A DNA stretch of 64,000 nucleotides from Candidatus Thorarchaeota archaeon. Lineage in GTDB: Archaea > Asgardarchaeota > Thorarchaeia > Thorarchaeales > Thorarchaeaceae. The stretch spans positions 36,127 through 100,126 of the forward strand of contig JAFGAR010000005.1 in the NCBI GenBank assembly GCA_016933575.1, in the 5' to 3' direction. Positions 29,285-39,255 of this stretch are shown piece by piece. How positions within the stretch are numbered: position 1 is the stretch's first letter; each line of letters opens with the position of its first letter. The position numbers and the translations under genes were made by a program. The notes under the pieces were generated by a model. The model saw only the letters and a list, made by a program, of their open reading frames with translations. It ran no database searches and was not told the origin of the DNA.

Positions 29285-30295
29285 TTATCCAAACAGGCCT
29301 CCAATGCCTGCTACAGAATCTCCCTCATCTTCATCATCTTCTTCAGGTTCTGATGGTTTGTCAGCTGCGTCAGTGGTTACTGGTGCAGATTGTACCGTCT
29401 TAACCTGACTTAGAACTTCAGAGGGTATTGCATCCGGATCCTTTGCAGAGATTGCTGCCGCTAATGCAAATGCTTCCGTGTTCGCCTTGGAGAGGAACTG
29501 GCCAAGCATTTCTGGTACGAAGAATCCAATGTTAAGTGCAAGGCTCTTCGCCTCCATGTCTGCCTTAGCAATGATGAGCGGAATGGTTTCCTCAGTTGGA
29601 AATCCGGTATTGATTGAAAGATTGATTGCAAGTTGATGACCAAGAATGACCTCTTTGAATAAGTCCTCCAGATTGATCTCATAACTAGATTGAGTCAGAA
29701 CTTCGCCATCTGTATAAGCTGCTATCAGCCTAAGCTGGAGTTCCATAGGTTCAATTCCCAATCTAGTCAACATCATCGCCATCGCGTTTGATATGACATC
29801 TCCTGCTTTCACTGCAACAGTATCATCAGTGATGTGAATTACACCACCCTTGACTCGAGATGGGATTTTGAGACCAGCAAGCTCGCTAATGAACGGTCCT
29901 GGTGCTACTCCCGTGTTCATAGCTGGGACAATGATGTCTTTTGGTGCCACCTGTCCACCCTTTGCTGGAGCTGCTGCCTTGTTCTCACGAAGGAACTTGC
30001 TCAACACAAAGGGGTCTTGGTCACTGAAGACAAATGCTACAGGACCTGAAACATAATTGATCAGATCCTTGATCCCTTTCTTATTGGATTCTTCAAGTGC
30101 TCTAATCATTAAGGTGTTACGGGCCATCTTAATGACCGCAGATCCTCTAAGATTATCTCGAATGCCTCCAAGTTGTTTTGCACCGACACCCTCAACGTTA
30201 ACAAGACCAATCATTTTACTCTCATTGATGGCAGCAGTCAGTTTCCCGACTTCATCCATCTTCCATTGAGGAATTGTCTTCTCGTATAATGACAC
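29285..30295 (-). CDS. rpl10: ribosomal protein uL10 (P0)
   Basis: IPQWK..EV, NTG..PGP..SEL, acidic tail GIGGLFG. Confidence 0.97.
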   Translation of the reverse strand: MSLYEKTIPQWKMDEVGKLTAAINESKMIGLVNVEGVGAKQLGGIRDNLRGSAVIKMARNTLMIRALEESNKKGIKDLINYVSGPVAFVFSDQDPFVLSKFLRENKAAAPAKGGQVAPKDIIVPAMNTGVAPGPFISELAGLKIPSRVKGGVIHITDDTVAVKAGDVISNAMAMMLTRLGIEPMELQLRLIAAYTDGEVLTQSSYEINLEDLFKEVILGHQLAINLSINTGFPTEETIPLIIAKADMEAKSLALNIGFFVPEMLGQFLSKANTEAFALAAAISAKDPDAIPSEVLSQVKTVQSAPVTTDAADKPSEPEEDDEDEGDSVAGIGGLFG

Positions 30296-30309
30296 TATTA
30301 ATCACCCAC

Positions 30310-30966
30310 CTACACAGAGAACTCCACAGCTGGTCCCATGGTTGTCTTAACCATGACATGACTGACTCTCGCTGCAAATCCCTTACTCTCAATAAAGTTC
30401 ATGATTGCAACGATGTTATCTGTAATCTCTCTATCACTCATTTGCATATGACCCACTTTCACATGGAATGTGGGAGTGTTCCTCATTCTGATACGAACTG
30501 TCCGATGATATTGATTTACTATCGCATTCAGGTCTGCCTGCGGTGGGAATGGACGTGGCATCTTTCCTCGAGAACCAAGTGCCTGACCCAGATACCGACC
30601 GATGAGGGGCATCGCATCTACTGCTGCTATGAAGAAATCATAGCTCTTTGCCAGACTCTTTCTATCCTTTTTCTCTTCTCCCAATCTGGGAATATCATCC
30701 TTTGAAACAATGTGCTCAGCTCCTGCTTCCTTTGCCTTATCAGCAAACTCACCGTCACCGATTGCACAGATCTTTGGTGGAGGATAGAGTACGTTGGGTA
30801 GTACAAGTTCCTGATTGATTCTGTTATCTGGTTTTGAAACATCCAACTCCTTTTTCCTGAAGTTAACTGCAAGATCGAAACTCTGTTCGAATTTGATGCC
30901 TCTCTCAACTCCCTTCGCTCTAGCTTCTGCTACAGCTGCTTCAATTGTACGGATTCTACTTGACAT
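30310..30966 (-). CDS. rpl1: ribosomal protein uL1
   Basis: FEQSFDL, LG..LG.RGKMP.P, VKTTMGPA. Confidence 0.97.
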   Translation of the reverse strand: MSSRIRTIEAAVAEARAKGVERGIKFEQSFDLAVNFRKKELDVSKPDNRINQELVLPNVLYPPPKICAIGDGEFADKAKEAGAEHIVSKDDIPRLGEEKKDRKSLAKSYDFFIAAVDAMPLIGRYLGQALGSRGKMPRPFPPQADLNAIVNQYHRTVRIRMRNTPTFHVKVGHMQMSDREITDNIVAIMNFIESKGFAARVSHVMVKTTMGPAVEFSV

Positions 30967-30972
30967 GCATTA

Positions 30973-31473
30973 TCACTCCCTTAATGGCTCATCCAGTTGG
31001 GCATCCCAAGTGCCCTCTCGGACCTCCTTTTGGAACTCCTTTGCAGTCTTCCCTTCAATTTTCACACCCATCTGACCGCAGCTTCCTGATACTATCATCA
31101 CTGCTGTCTTCATGCTCTGGGCTGAGAGGTCATTTGCTTTTCCTCTTGCGATATTCTTCAATTGGTCCACGGAGAGATTTCCAATGTACTTGGTAGTTGG
31201 CTCTCCAGATCCCTTAGCTACACCCACCTCTTTCAGTATCAACGCACTAGTTGGTGGCGTACCTACTTCAATCTCGAAGCTCTTGTTATTTGGGTCTACA
31301 ATTATTTTAACAGGAACTTTCAAACCAGTGAAAGGTTCTGTGACCTCATTAATTTTAGTCACGACTTGGAAAATATTGACTCCTGTTGGTCCTAATGCAG
31401 GTCCAATTGGCGGACCACCACTAGCCTTTCCACCTTCAACAAGCGCTTCTACTATTATTGGTTTTTCACTCAA
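30973..31473 (-). CDS. rpl11: ribosomal protein uL11
   Basis: GGKASGGPPIGPALGP.GVN, PPTSALI; TTG start at 31473. Confidence 0.96.
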   Translation of the reverse strand: MSEKPIIVEALVEGGKASGGPPIGPALGPTGVNIFQVVTKINEVTEPFTGLKVPVKIIVDPNNKSFEIEVGTPPTSALILKEVGVAKGSGEPTTKYIGNLSVDQLKNIARGKANDLSAQSMKTAVMIVSGSCGQMGVKIEGKTAKEFQKEVREGTWDAQLDEPLRE

Positions 31474-31490
31474 ATTGTTCACGACTCCTG

Positions 31491-31626
31491 ATGCAGTGCA
31501 CTCGGTGCGTACGCAACACATCCGATGTTGTCGACCTGGTGGACAGAAGTCATACTACATCCTACAAGGTCTACTGCATTCATTGTCACTTTTTTCACCC
31601 CGGACACTGGGTCTAATACCCATGTC
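31491..31626 (-). promoter_or_regulatory. candidate structured 5' leader of the rpl11-rpl1-rpl10-rpl12 operon
   Basis: Closing stem 31491-97/31573-79 enclosing three helices, plus a hairpin at 31603-31626; TTTTAA box at ~31665. Confidence 0.45.
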
Positions 31627-31727
31627 AGATTAAGAGGATGAACTCGCTCGTGATAGTTTTCGTTTTAAGGATTGCGACACAGCAACGATAGTTCTATTGA
31701 GTAGTATAACAAACTTGGCTTCTTCAA

Positions 31728-32426
31728 TCAGTCCTCGTCATCAGAATGTGCCCAGAATGAGTCTTCATCATCAAACTCATCACTATCAACTTCCTTAATT
31801 TCAGCACCTTCTGTTGAAGCTGACTCAACGACCTCTACTCGTTCTGCTCGCTCAACTATCTTAGCAAAATCTGCATGGACCCTGACAGGTATGGTGTATG
31901 GACTGTCCATGAGTTCAAGGATAAGTTCCTCCTTACCTGCGTCAACGCGTTGGACCTTGGCTCTTTCACCCTTGAATGGACCTGAAATAATCTCGACGAT
32001 ATCGCCTTCAGAGATTCCCTCTGCAGCGGGGGGTGGTGCTAGAAATCGATCGATTTCACCAAGGCTGACCTTTCCTCCAACACGTCCTCGAACATGAGGG
32101 ACTCCAGATATTGCTATCTCAACATCTCTAAATTCGGTTGTTTCAATGAAGACATACCCTCGTAGTGTTTCGGGGACTAGGATTGCTTTAACCCTTCCAA
32201 GTAACTGGTTCTGTGAAACGAGTAACGGATCACCAGTTTTCTTTCCCTTTTTCTTACAATTCTTCATATGTTGTTTTGTTGCCTTTTCAGTGGCAAAATC
32301 CTCAGAACAAAAGGGACACTCCCAAACATCACTCTCTCCAATCACTGCTGTAGTGATGAGATCTGTTACACTACGTTCTTGTCCTATCGTAGTTCTCACG
32401 GCATAGATGCTTGTGGAGCTTTCCAT
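31728..32426 (-). CDS. spt5: transcription elongation factor Spt5 with inserted C2HC zinc finger
   Basis: IYAVRTTIGQE, LRGYVFIE (NGN); EGDIVEIISGPFKGE (KOW); lies between secE and rpl11. Confidence 0.93.
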   Translation of the reverse strand: MESSTSIYAVRTTIGQERSVTDLITTAVIGESDVWECPFCSEDFATEKATKQHMKNCKKKGKKTGDPLLVSQNQLLGRVKAILVPETLRGYVFIETTEFRDVEIAISGVPHVRGRVGGKVSLGEIDRFLAPPPAAEGISEGDIVEIISGPFKGERAKVQRVDAGKEELILELMDSPYTIPVRVHADFAKIVERAERVEVVESASTEGAEIKEVDSDEFDDEDSFWAHSDDED

Positions 32427-32539
32427 ATTTTTACACTTCCAAATATCCTTGAAACTTAAACATACAAGTCCGAAATAAATGTGCGGTCACTGTGGTGGGA
32501 GCGGGCAGAATGCTAATGATTGATTCTGGTCCTGATTTA

Positions 32540-32725
32540 TTATGCATTTACACCCCACTCTGAGGTGACCACTGTCATGATGACCTGAATGATGAAGCTT
32601 AGAATACCTACGAGAAACATAGCAAGTACACTGATTTTTGCACTTCCCCAGAGTTCTTTTCTGGAGGGCTTAGTAGCCAGTTTCAAAATCCTTTTGCTAT
32701 CGTTGATAAAGCTAACAACACCCAT
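32540..32725 (-). CDS. secE: SecE / Sec61-gamma
   Basis: RILKLATKPSRKEL plus a single TM; canonical position. Confidence 0.92.
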   Translation of the reverse strand: MGVVSFINDSKRILKLATKPSRKELWGSAKISVLAMFLVGILSFIIQVIMTVVTSEWGVNA

Positions 32726-32825
32726 TTTATCATCACTTCCCTGGAAGATACTGCCTAAACAGCTAAGGGATTAGTCAGCTTGCAAGATTGGTTCTCTTTT
32801 AACATTTGCTGAGTATCCAAAACTA

Positions 32826-33962
32826 CTATGACAGTCTTGGAACTCCGAGGTCTGTCTTCATATCATCAACCAAAGGAGTGAAGGGTTCCGCCTTATCAAA
32901 TACATATGGTGAATTCACACCCGATGCGATGATAGTGACTCGAATTCGATCTTCGAGTTCAGGTACTATCAGTGCTCCATAAATGACCTCTGCGCCTGGA
33001 TTCACCTGCTCTGTCACAAGTTCAACAACACGTTTTACCTCAACAAGCTGCAGATCTGCACTACCACTCACATTAACCAAGAGATTACGAGCATTCTCGA
33101 TTGATACATCAATGAGTGGATTCCGAAGAGCATTGATGACAGCTTCCTCAGCTCTATCTTCACCCTCGCCCTCTCCAAGTGCAATGATTGATACTCCACC
33201 ATTTTTCATGGTTGTCCTAACATCTGCAAAGTCTAGATTAACAAGACCTGGTTTTGAGATTAGTTCAGCAATACCCTTGACTGCCCGTACTAGTACCTCA
33301 TCAGCTACCATAAAGGCTTCAGGCAAGGAGAGATCTGGAGCGATTTCAAGCAATTTTTCGTTGGGAATTGCTATTAGAGTATCAACATGTTCCATGAGAG
33401 CATTGAGCCCTCTGGTTGCATTCTTTCTTCGAGTTGCACCTTCTACCTCAAAGGGAAGACAGACAATTGCTACTGTGAGAGCACCATTTTCCTTTGCTGC
33501 CTTTGCAATGTGAGCTGCTGCGCCAGTTCCTGTTCCACCACCCATTCCTGCTGTGATAAAAACGAGGTCTCCTCGTACAACGTCTTTGATGACCTCATAA
33601 GTTTCAATGGCCGCCGCTTCTCCAATGTCTGGATTATTACCTGCTCCTAGTCCCCCACATGTTTCCTTACCGAGGAGCAATTTATGATGTGAGTTACAGA
33701 AATAGAGATCCTGTGCATCCGTATTTGCGGCAAGTGTTTCCGCGCCTTCAACACCTACTTCCATGAGTCGAGTTATCGCATTATTTCCAGCTCCACCAAC
33801 ACCAACGACTAGAATTCTCGCATTGACAGACTCTAATAGTTCTGCCAACTCCTCGTCAGTAGTGGCTGATTTTGGTATATTCTTTCCTCGCTTTGGTTTT
33901 AAGTCACGTTTTCCGCTTGATGAACTGAGGACTTCTTCTAATAATGGGTGCATATTTATCAC
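32826..33962 (-). CDS. ftsZ: cell division protein FtsZ (FtsZ1 type by context)
   Basis: GVGGAGNN, NTDAQDL, GMGGGTGTG, NLDFADV. Confidence 0.97.
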   Translation of the reverse strand: MINMHPLLEEVLSSSSGKRDLKPKRGKNIPKSATTDEELAELLESVNARILVVGVGGAGNNAITRLMEVGVEGAETLAANTDAQDLYFCNSHHKLLLGKETCGGLGAGNNPDIGEAAAIETYEVIKDVVRGDLVFITAGMGGGTGTGAAAHIAKAAKENGALTVAIVCLPFEVEGATRRKNATRGLNALMEHVDTLIAIPNEKLLEIAPDLSLPEAFMVADEVLVRAVKGIAELISKPGLVNLDFADVRTTMKNGGVSIIALGEGEGEDRAEEAVINALRNPLIDVSIENARNLLVNVSGSADLQLVEVKRVVELVTEQVNPGAEVIYGALIVPELEDRIRVTIIASGVNSPYVFDKAEPFTPLVDDMKTDLGVPRLS

Positions 33963-34041
33963 TCACAGCATCTGGATGATTGTTATTACCCACGTATTGT
34001 TACAACAAAAAGTAGAATACTACCTAGATAATACTCAGCCC

Positions 34042-35007
34042 TTACCTACTTTTTCCTCTCTTTTTGCCTGTCTTGAATGTCTTCAATACAGCATCAATTG
34101 AGATATCATGCTTACGTAATAGGCGCGCTGTTTCATCAAGAGTGGGTTGACCATTCTGAGCCCCCCTCTTGGTGATAGTGAGCGCAGCTGTAGCATTGGC
34201 CATATTCAATGCCTGCTCAATTCTTTCGGACCTAATCCATGCAGTGATAAATCCTGCAGCGAATGAATCCCCAGCGCCAAGTACATCGACAACGGGGACC
34301 TCAAAAATATGAGATGTGCAATATTCGAAGCCATCAGTAGCAATTGCACCTTTATCTCCTATCTTCAGGACCACAATCCCCGGAAAGGTCTTGGCAAATT
34401 TACGAAGTGCAGTTTCCTCTGCTTTGATTTTGAAATATTTCTCGAGTTCTTCTTCATTTATGAAGAGGAGGTCAGTATGTCGTAGTATCCTCTCAAATTG
34501 AAGATGTTCTGCAGCCCTTCCTGGGTCAAGAGATAGAATCATACCATGGGTCGTTGCAAGATCTGAGGCTCTGTCTATCATCATAGGAAATGAGCCGGCC
34601 AAATGAATGACCTGTGCATCTATGAGATTATCCTCTTCGAATAATCTCTTCTCAAGAAACTTATTCGCTCCTGGTTTTGCAACAACCATATGTTCGTTAG
34701 CATCATCATGTACGTAGATAAACAGACCAGTTGATTGGTTTTCTAGGACCAGAATACAGTTGGTGTCTACTCCTATCTTTGACATCTCTTTAATCGCAAG
34801 CTGGCCGTAGACATCATCACCAACACAACTGACAAGAGTTGTCTTTACACCAAGACGAGTTGTTTGGGTAGCGAAGTTTGCAGCCGAGCCACCAAATGAT
34901 ATATGTCCTTCATCAGATATCACGTGATCGCTCTTTTTTGGAAGTGCGTCAACATGCATGTCAATGTCTATGTTGATTCTACCTATTGCTACAAACTCGC
35001 CAACCAA
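34042..35007 (-). CDS. PfkB/ribokinase-family kinase
   Basis: GGSAANFA, VGDD.YG, DVLGAGDSFAAG. Confidence 0.93.
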   Translation of the reverse strand: MVGEFVAIGRINIDIDMHVDALPKKSDHVISDEGHISFGGSAANFATQTTRLGVKTTLVSCVGDDVYGQLAIKEMSKIGVDTNCILVLENQSTGLFIYVHDDANEHMVVAKPGANKFLEKRLFEEDNLIDAQVIHLAGSFPMMIDRASDLATTHGMILSLDPGRAAEHLQFERILRHTDLLFINEEELEKYFKIKAEETALRKFAKTFPGIVVLKIGDKGAIATDGFEYCTSHIFEVPVVDVLGAGDSFAAGFITAWIRSERIEQALNMANATAALTITKRGAQNGQPTLDETARLLRKHDISIDAVLKTFKTGKKRGKSR

Positions 35008-35019
35008 ATAATTGACCTC

Positions 35020-35952
35020 TTAGACAATCAATGCCATGATGCCTTTCTGTGCGTGAAGTCTATTCTCAGCTTGATCGAATACGACAGAGTGAGGTCCATC
35101 CATCACTTCTGAGGTTAGTTCCTCCTCTCTATGAGCTGGAAGACAGTGCATCACGATTACATCACTCTTTGCCTTACCAATAAGTGTCTTGTTCACTTGG
35201 AATGGCATAAGTGCATTCTCTTTTTCTTTGGAACGTTCCTGTCCCATGCTGAAGAAAGTATCCGTATAGATTACGTCTGCTCCCTTGACAGCTTCATGGG
35301 GGTCAGTTACGACCTCTAGAGTAGTACCATATCGCTTACTAAGAGCATCAGCCTTTTTCATTATACTCTCTATCGGCGTATATCCCTTTGGTGATCCTAT
35401 GGTGACATCCATTCCCATAATTGTACAACCCTGCATAATCGAATTACTGACGTTATTCGAGTCACCAACATAGACAATCTTCTGACCCTCCAGACCACCC
35501 CTATGCTCTTCTATGGTCATCATATCTGCCATTATCTGACAGGGGTGCAATAGGTCTGATAACCCATTTATGACTGGAACTGTTGCGTACTTAGCTAGCC
35601 CGGTGATATCATCATGTCCAAAGACTCGAGCCATGATGACATCGCAATATCTGCTCAATACTTGTGCAGTATCTCCTATTGTTTCGCCTCTACCAAGTTG
35701 AGTTCCCCCAGTTTCAAGATATAATGCGTGACCACCCAGCTGGGTCATTCCAACCTCGAATGAAACTCGTGTTCTGGTGGATGATTTCATGAAAATCATG
35801 GCCAATGACTTACCCTTGAGAACCTCATGTGGTTCGCCACGCTTTTGTTTTCTCTTTAGGTCATGTCCTGTATCTAGAAATTGTCTAAGTTCATGCCTTT
35901 GAAAATCTGATAAATCTACAACACTTCTTCCTTTCAGACTCAAAAGTATCAC
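35020..35952 (-). CDS. argF: ornithine carbamoyltransferase
   Basis: SSTRTRVSFE, HPCQ, SMG, HCLPA. Confidence 0.96.
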   Translation of the reverse strand: MILLSLKGRSVVDLSDFQRHELRQFLDTGHDLKRKQKRGEPHEVLKGKSLAMIFMKSSTRTRVSFEVGMTQLGGHALYLETGGTQLGRGETIGDTAQVLSRYCDVIMARVFGHDDITGLAKYATVPVINGLSDLLHPCQIMADMMTIEEHRGGLEGQKIVYVGDSNNVSNSIMQGCTIMGMDVTIGSPKGYTPIESIMKKADALSKRYGTTLEVVTDPHEAVKGADVIYTDTFFSMGQERSKEKENALMPFQVNKTLIGKAKSDVIVMHCLPAHREEELTSEVMDGPHSVVFDQAENRLHAQKGIMALIV

Positions 35953-36009
35953 CTCTAGGCTAATATATCAGCTCAAATATGGTCCTCTTATAAAAAGCTC
36001 TCCACTTGT

Positions 36010-36921
36010 TCAATTATCACCAATGAGTCTCTGTGCGAACCATTCTGGGTCAAAATGTCTGAGATCGTCATATCCCTGTCCAACACCGATATAGACAACC
36101 GGACGACCAGTAGTAAAGGCAACTGATAACGCGGCGCCACCTGAGGGGTCTGCATCTACCTTGGTGAGAATAGCACCATCAATTGTGATTGCTTTGTGAA
36201 ACTCTTTAGCTTGTGAGAGTGCATCATTCCCTGCTAGTGCATCGCCCACGAAGAGCTTGAGGTCTGGATTTGCTACCCGAGCTATCTTCTTCATCTCTTC
36301 CAGAAGATTCTTGTTGCTCTGCATTCTACCAGCACTATCTATCAATACTACATCGATGTGCTTTGCTTTTGCATGAGCTATAGCATCAAAAGCAATAGCT
36401 GCAGCATCAGCTCCATAGTCTTGCTTAATGACACGAATTCCAAGACGCTCTGCATGCTTTTCGAGCTGCTCAATACTTCCAGCACGATAGGTATCTCCAG
36501 CAGCAATGACCACCGAAAGTCCATTCTTCTTGAGCATATTTGCGAACTTTGCTAATGTCGTCGTCTTCCCTGTACCATTCACTCCCACGAAGAGAATGGT
36601 TGTAATCTCTCCCCTTTCTTTACGTTCCTTTGCAAATTCAATAGGATCTAAAGGATATTCAGGAGTTAGAACCTCTAAGACCGACTCATAAATTGCAGTT
36701 TTGAAGAGATGTGTTGTATTTTCCAGTCTTCCTGTTCTTGTTCCTAGTAGCTTCTCTTTTGTTAAATTGCAAATATGTTCTGCCACTTCTACAGCAACAT
36801 CGTTTTGTATTAGAACCATCTGCAGTTCCCATACTGCATCCTTCAGATTCTTCTCATTCAGTTCCTTTGTCGTAGTCTTAATGACTGCCTTGTCAAGCGA
36901 TCCTCTAAGCTTGTCAAACAA
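36010..36921 (-). CDS. ftsY: SRP receptor FtsY
   Basis: GVNGTGKTTT, DTYRAG, DSAGR, TKVD, GVGQGY.DL. Confidence 0.97.
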   Translation of the reverse strand: MFDKLRGSLDKAVIKTTTKELNEKNLKDAVWELQMVLIQNDVAVEVAEHICNLTKEKLLGTRTGRLENTTHLFKTAIYESVLEVLTPEYPLDPIEFAKERKERGEITTILFVGVNGTGKTTTLAKFANMLKKNGLSVVIAAGDTYRAGSIEQLEKHAERLGIRVIKQDYGADAAAIAFDAIAHAKAKHIDVVLIDSAGRMQSNKNLLEEMKKIARVANPDLKLFVGDALAGNDALSQAKEFHKAITIDGAILTKVDADPSGGAALSVAFTTGRPVVYIGVGQGYDDLRHFDPEWFAQRLIGDN

Positions 36922-36933
36922 TCATAATTCCTC

Positions 36934-37374
36934 CTATTCTTCAGGAGATGATTCTTGAATCTTAGCGGCAAGCTGTTGAAATTGATTGTTTAGAACTTGA
37001 GAACGAGCAATGAGTTTCTGATATTCTTCAGCAAGAGTGTTATACTGCTTCTCAAGACCGCTAATGGCCTCTTCTACAGCTTTTTTAGCTTCACCTACAC
37101 TCTGGTTGATTCTAACTCCACTCCCTATGCTCCGGGTCACCTTTGAGGGGTTGACAAGTTTCGCTTCGATGAAGATACTTCCTCCCACATTGAGAAGCAT
37201 CTCTTCATCCTCTTTCTTCCCTTCAATCTCCTTCAAAACCAGTAGTCCTGACTGATAGTTTGTGAGATATGCCTGAATGATCTCTAGGCGCTGTTGTAGC
37301 AGACTAATGTTCGAATCTGTGAGCTGTTGTTCTGTATAGATTCTCTGGAGGAGCTGTTGCTGCTCTTCACTCAT
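36934..37374 (-). CDS. pfdA: prefoldin alpha subunit
   Basis: Coiled coils flanking beta hairpins (LLNVGGSIF, IGSGV); canonical context. Confidence 0.92.
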   Translation of the reverse strand: MSEEQQQLLQRIYTEQQLTDSNISLLQQRLEIIQAYLTNYQSGLLVLKEIEGKKEDEEMLLNVGGSIFIEAKLVNPSKVTRSIGSGVRINQSVGEAKKAVEEAISGLEKQYNTLAEEYQKLIARSQVLNNQFQQLAAKIQESSPEE

Positions 37375-37625
37375 GAAAAATCGCTCTCCACACCAAGGAT
37401 TCTGCGGAGGTCCAGATTAGTTACCTCTTCTGGCTTTAGCTCTTTGATTTCATTGATTGAAATCTCAATTCTTCGAACCTTGTGTCGACTACCTAGTTCA
37501 GACATGATTCGTTCTCGAACATGTGCTTCCTTGTCTGCAAGTAGTTCTCGGGAGAATCTGAACTTTCGTTTCTTCTTCTTATATTCGCCTGATACTCGCC
37601 AAATCTTCGAACTCATTGTCATCAT
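37371..37625 (-). CDS. rplX: ribosomal protein eL20 (LX/L18a)
   Basis: FSREL, SELGSRHKVRR..I.I..IKE. Confidence 0.92.
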   Translation of the reverse strand: MMTMSSKIWRVSGEYKKKKRKFRFSRELLADKEAHVRERIMSELGSRHKVRRIEISINEIKELKPEEVTNLDLRRILGVESDFS

Positions 37626-37632
37626 TCCTCAA

Positions 37633-38298
37633 TTATACGAATCCTAGGACCTGACTTATATGTGCAAGTTCAACACCTGTTGTATCAGATCCTGCTATCA
37701 TACCATCAACATTAGCTAGAACCCCTAGACTTGTGTATGGGCTGCCTCTGTTGACAGTTCCAACTTCTACGTGTACTTTTAACAGCTGTGATAGAAGGTC
37801 AATTTCTTCATCTGTAGCTAATGGGTGTAGTACTGCTCCATGATTGGTTGCAATACTGTTCGCTCCTACAATAGGTAGCTTTGCTATCGTTCCAGGAACC
37901 ACTTCAACATCAAGAATGTCAGCGATTTTCTTGATGGCCTTTGACGAAAATTCTGGGTGACACATTGCACCGTTATCATTGGCAACAATGATGTTACCAA
38001 GTGCTGTCATTTTGTCATCAATCCAGTCCACTGGTACCTCTGAGGACTGCTTTAGAGTATTTAGCTCGTCATCATTGGTCGTGTAAGGAACAAGGACACC
38101 ATTGGAATTGGCGGCTGCAAGAAGTCCTACCGCATCTAGTGTAGCAACTGTGGACTGCACTAGGGGGAGGTTAAATGCTCTCTCAACGACAGCTAGAACC
38201 TTCTCTGAAATGTTAGGACTAACAAATACAAAACTGTCTGTCGCGATTCCATAAGCTCCCACATTAGAATCGCTCTCGAAGCTAGTTCGGGCGATCAT
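37633..38298 (-). CDS. eif6: translation factor aIF-6
   Basis: ALGNII.AND, GTVNRG, TTG.EL. Confidence 0.96.
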   Translation of the reverse strand: MIARTSFESDSNVGAYGIATDSFVFVSPNISEKVLAVVERAFNLPLVQSTVATLDAVGLLAAANSNGVLVPYTTNDDELNTLKQSSEVPVDWIDDKMTALGNIIVANDNGAMCHPEFSSKAIKKIADILDVEVVPGTIAKLPIVGANSIATNHGAVLHPLATDEEIDLLSQLLKVHVEVGTVNRGSPYTSLGVLANVDGMIAGSDTTGVELAHISQVLGFV

Positions 38299-38304
38299 TC
38301 AGGA

Positions 38305-38718
38305 CTATCCCTCCGCAAGATAAACGCGCACAAGGTTGTCAGCATTCTTGGTCGCTCTAACTCTGACCCTTCGAGGAGGTCTCTCTATTCCTCTTGCCCA
38401 GAGTTTTTCATTGACTTCTGGCTGAATAAGTAGCTCTTCAGGTTTCATGTGTCTTTCAACAAATTCCCTGAGTATCCTTACAGATCTATTTGCTCGACGG
38501 AGTCGGCTACCAGTCCAATACGCTTTACGCAGTGGAACTGTGTAAATACGTTCATCAATAATTTCCTCTTCAGGTTCGGCTTCTTCAGAAACAGCCTCCT
38601 CAGTCTTAGGTGCTTCGCTAACAGGGGCCTTCTCTACCTCTTCGATCTCTTCAATCTCTTCTAATTCTGGTTCTTCCTCAGAAATCTCGACCTCTGCTTC
38701 TTTCTTCTTCTTTGACAT
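38305..38718 (-). CDS. rpl31e: ribosomal protein eL31 with acidic N-terminal extension
   Basis: ERIYTVPLR, RA.R....REFV.RHMK, VNE.LWARGI..PP. Confidence 0.95.
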   Translation of the reverse strand: MSKKKKEAEVEISEEEPELEEIEEIEEVEKAPVSEAPKTEEAVSEEAEPEEEIIDERIYTVPLRKAYWTGSRLRRANRSVRILREFVERHMKPEELLIQPEVNEKLWARGIERPPRRVRVRATKNADNLVRVYLAEG

Positions 38719-38732
38719 CTATCCACACCTGA

Positions 38733-38888
38733 CTATGGTTTTAGCTTTGTCTGACGCCAGTTTCGCTGTGCCGGTGTTCTTCTTACTTTTCCTCCGGTCT
38801 TTACTATTACCCATGTAGGAACCGAGGAATTACTCTTCATTGCTTTTGCCATTCTGAGTTTCTTTGCCAGTGGCTTATTTCGTGCCAT
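38733..38888 (-). CDS. rpl39e: ribosomal protein eL39 (absent from the ORF track)
   Basis: Manual translation [51 protein letters not shown]. Confidence 0.96.
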   Translation of the reverse strand: MARNKPLAKKLRMAKAMKSNSSVPTWVIVKTGGKVRRTPAQRNWRQTKLKP

Positions 38889-38907
38889 ATTGATCACCTG
38901 TACAGCT

Positions 38908-39237
38908 TTACCTGAACGTTATCTTTCGTTCACGCTCTTTACCTTGCAGTTGCTGCAAGAGAGCTTTCAGTTGTTCGTCAGTTACCTGACCCCTGAGTCT
39001 TCCAGTACCCGCCAGTTGAATCAGCTGCATCTCAATTTGCTCAGCGAACTGAGGTTTCACAATCTTGATGTTTGTGAGCCTTGCCCGTGCCTCAGGCGTT
39101 AGGATTTTTCTGAGCACAGCCTCTTTCTGAGCTTCTGCTTCAGCCGCAGCTTGTTCCTCTGCCTGTTCTCTGAAGGCTTGTTGTTGAAGAGAAGCCATTT
39201 TCTTCTGACGTATTGCTTCTAGCTCCTCATCATCCAT
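38908..39237 (-). CDS. PDCD5-family DNA-binding protein
   Basis: [24 protein letters not shown]. Confidence 0.95.
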   Translation of the reverse strand: MDDEELEAIRQKKMASLQQQAFREQAEEQAAAEAEAQKEAVLRKILTPEARARLTNIKIVKPQFAEQIEMQLIQLAGTGRLRGQVTDEQLKALLQQLQGKERERKITFR

Positions 39238-39255
39238 CTTGCCATGTCACCTGGC

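Noticed and set aside
28990-33650. Long antisense ORFs over ribosomal protein genes and ftsZ
   Set aside because: Codon-bias shadows of conserved genes
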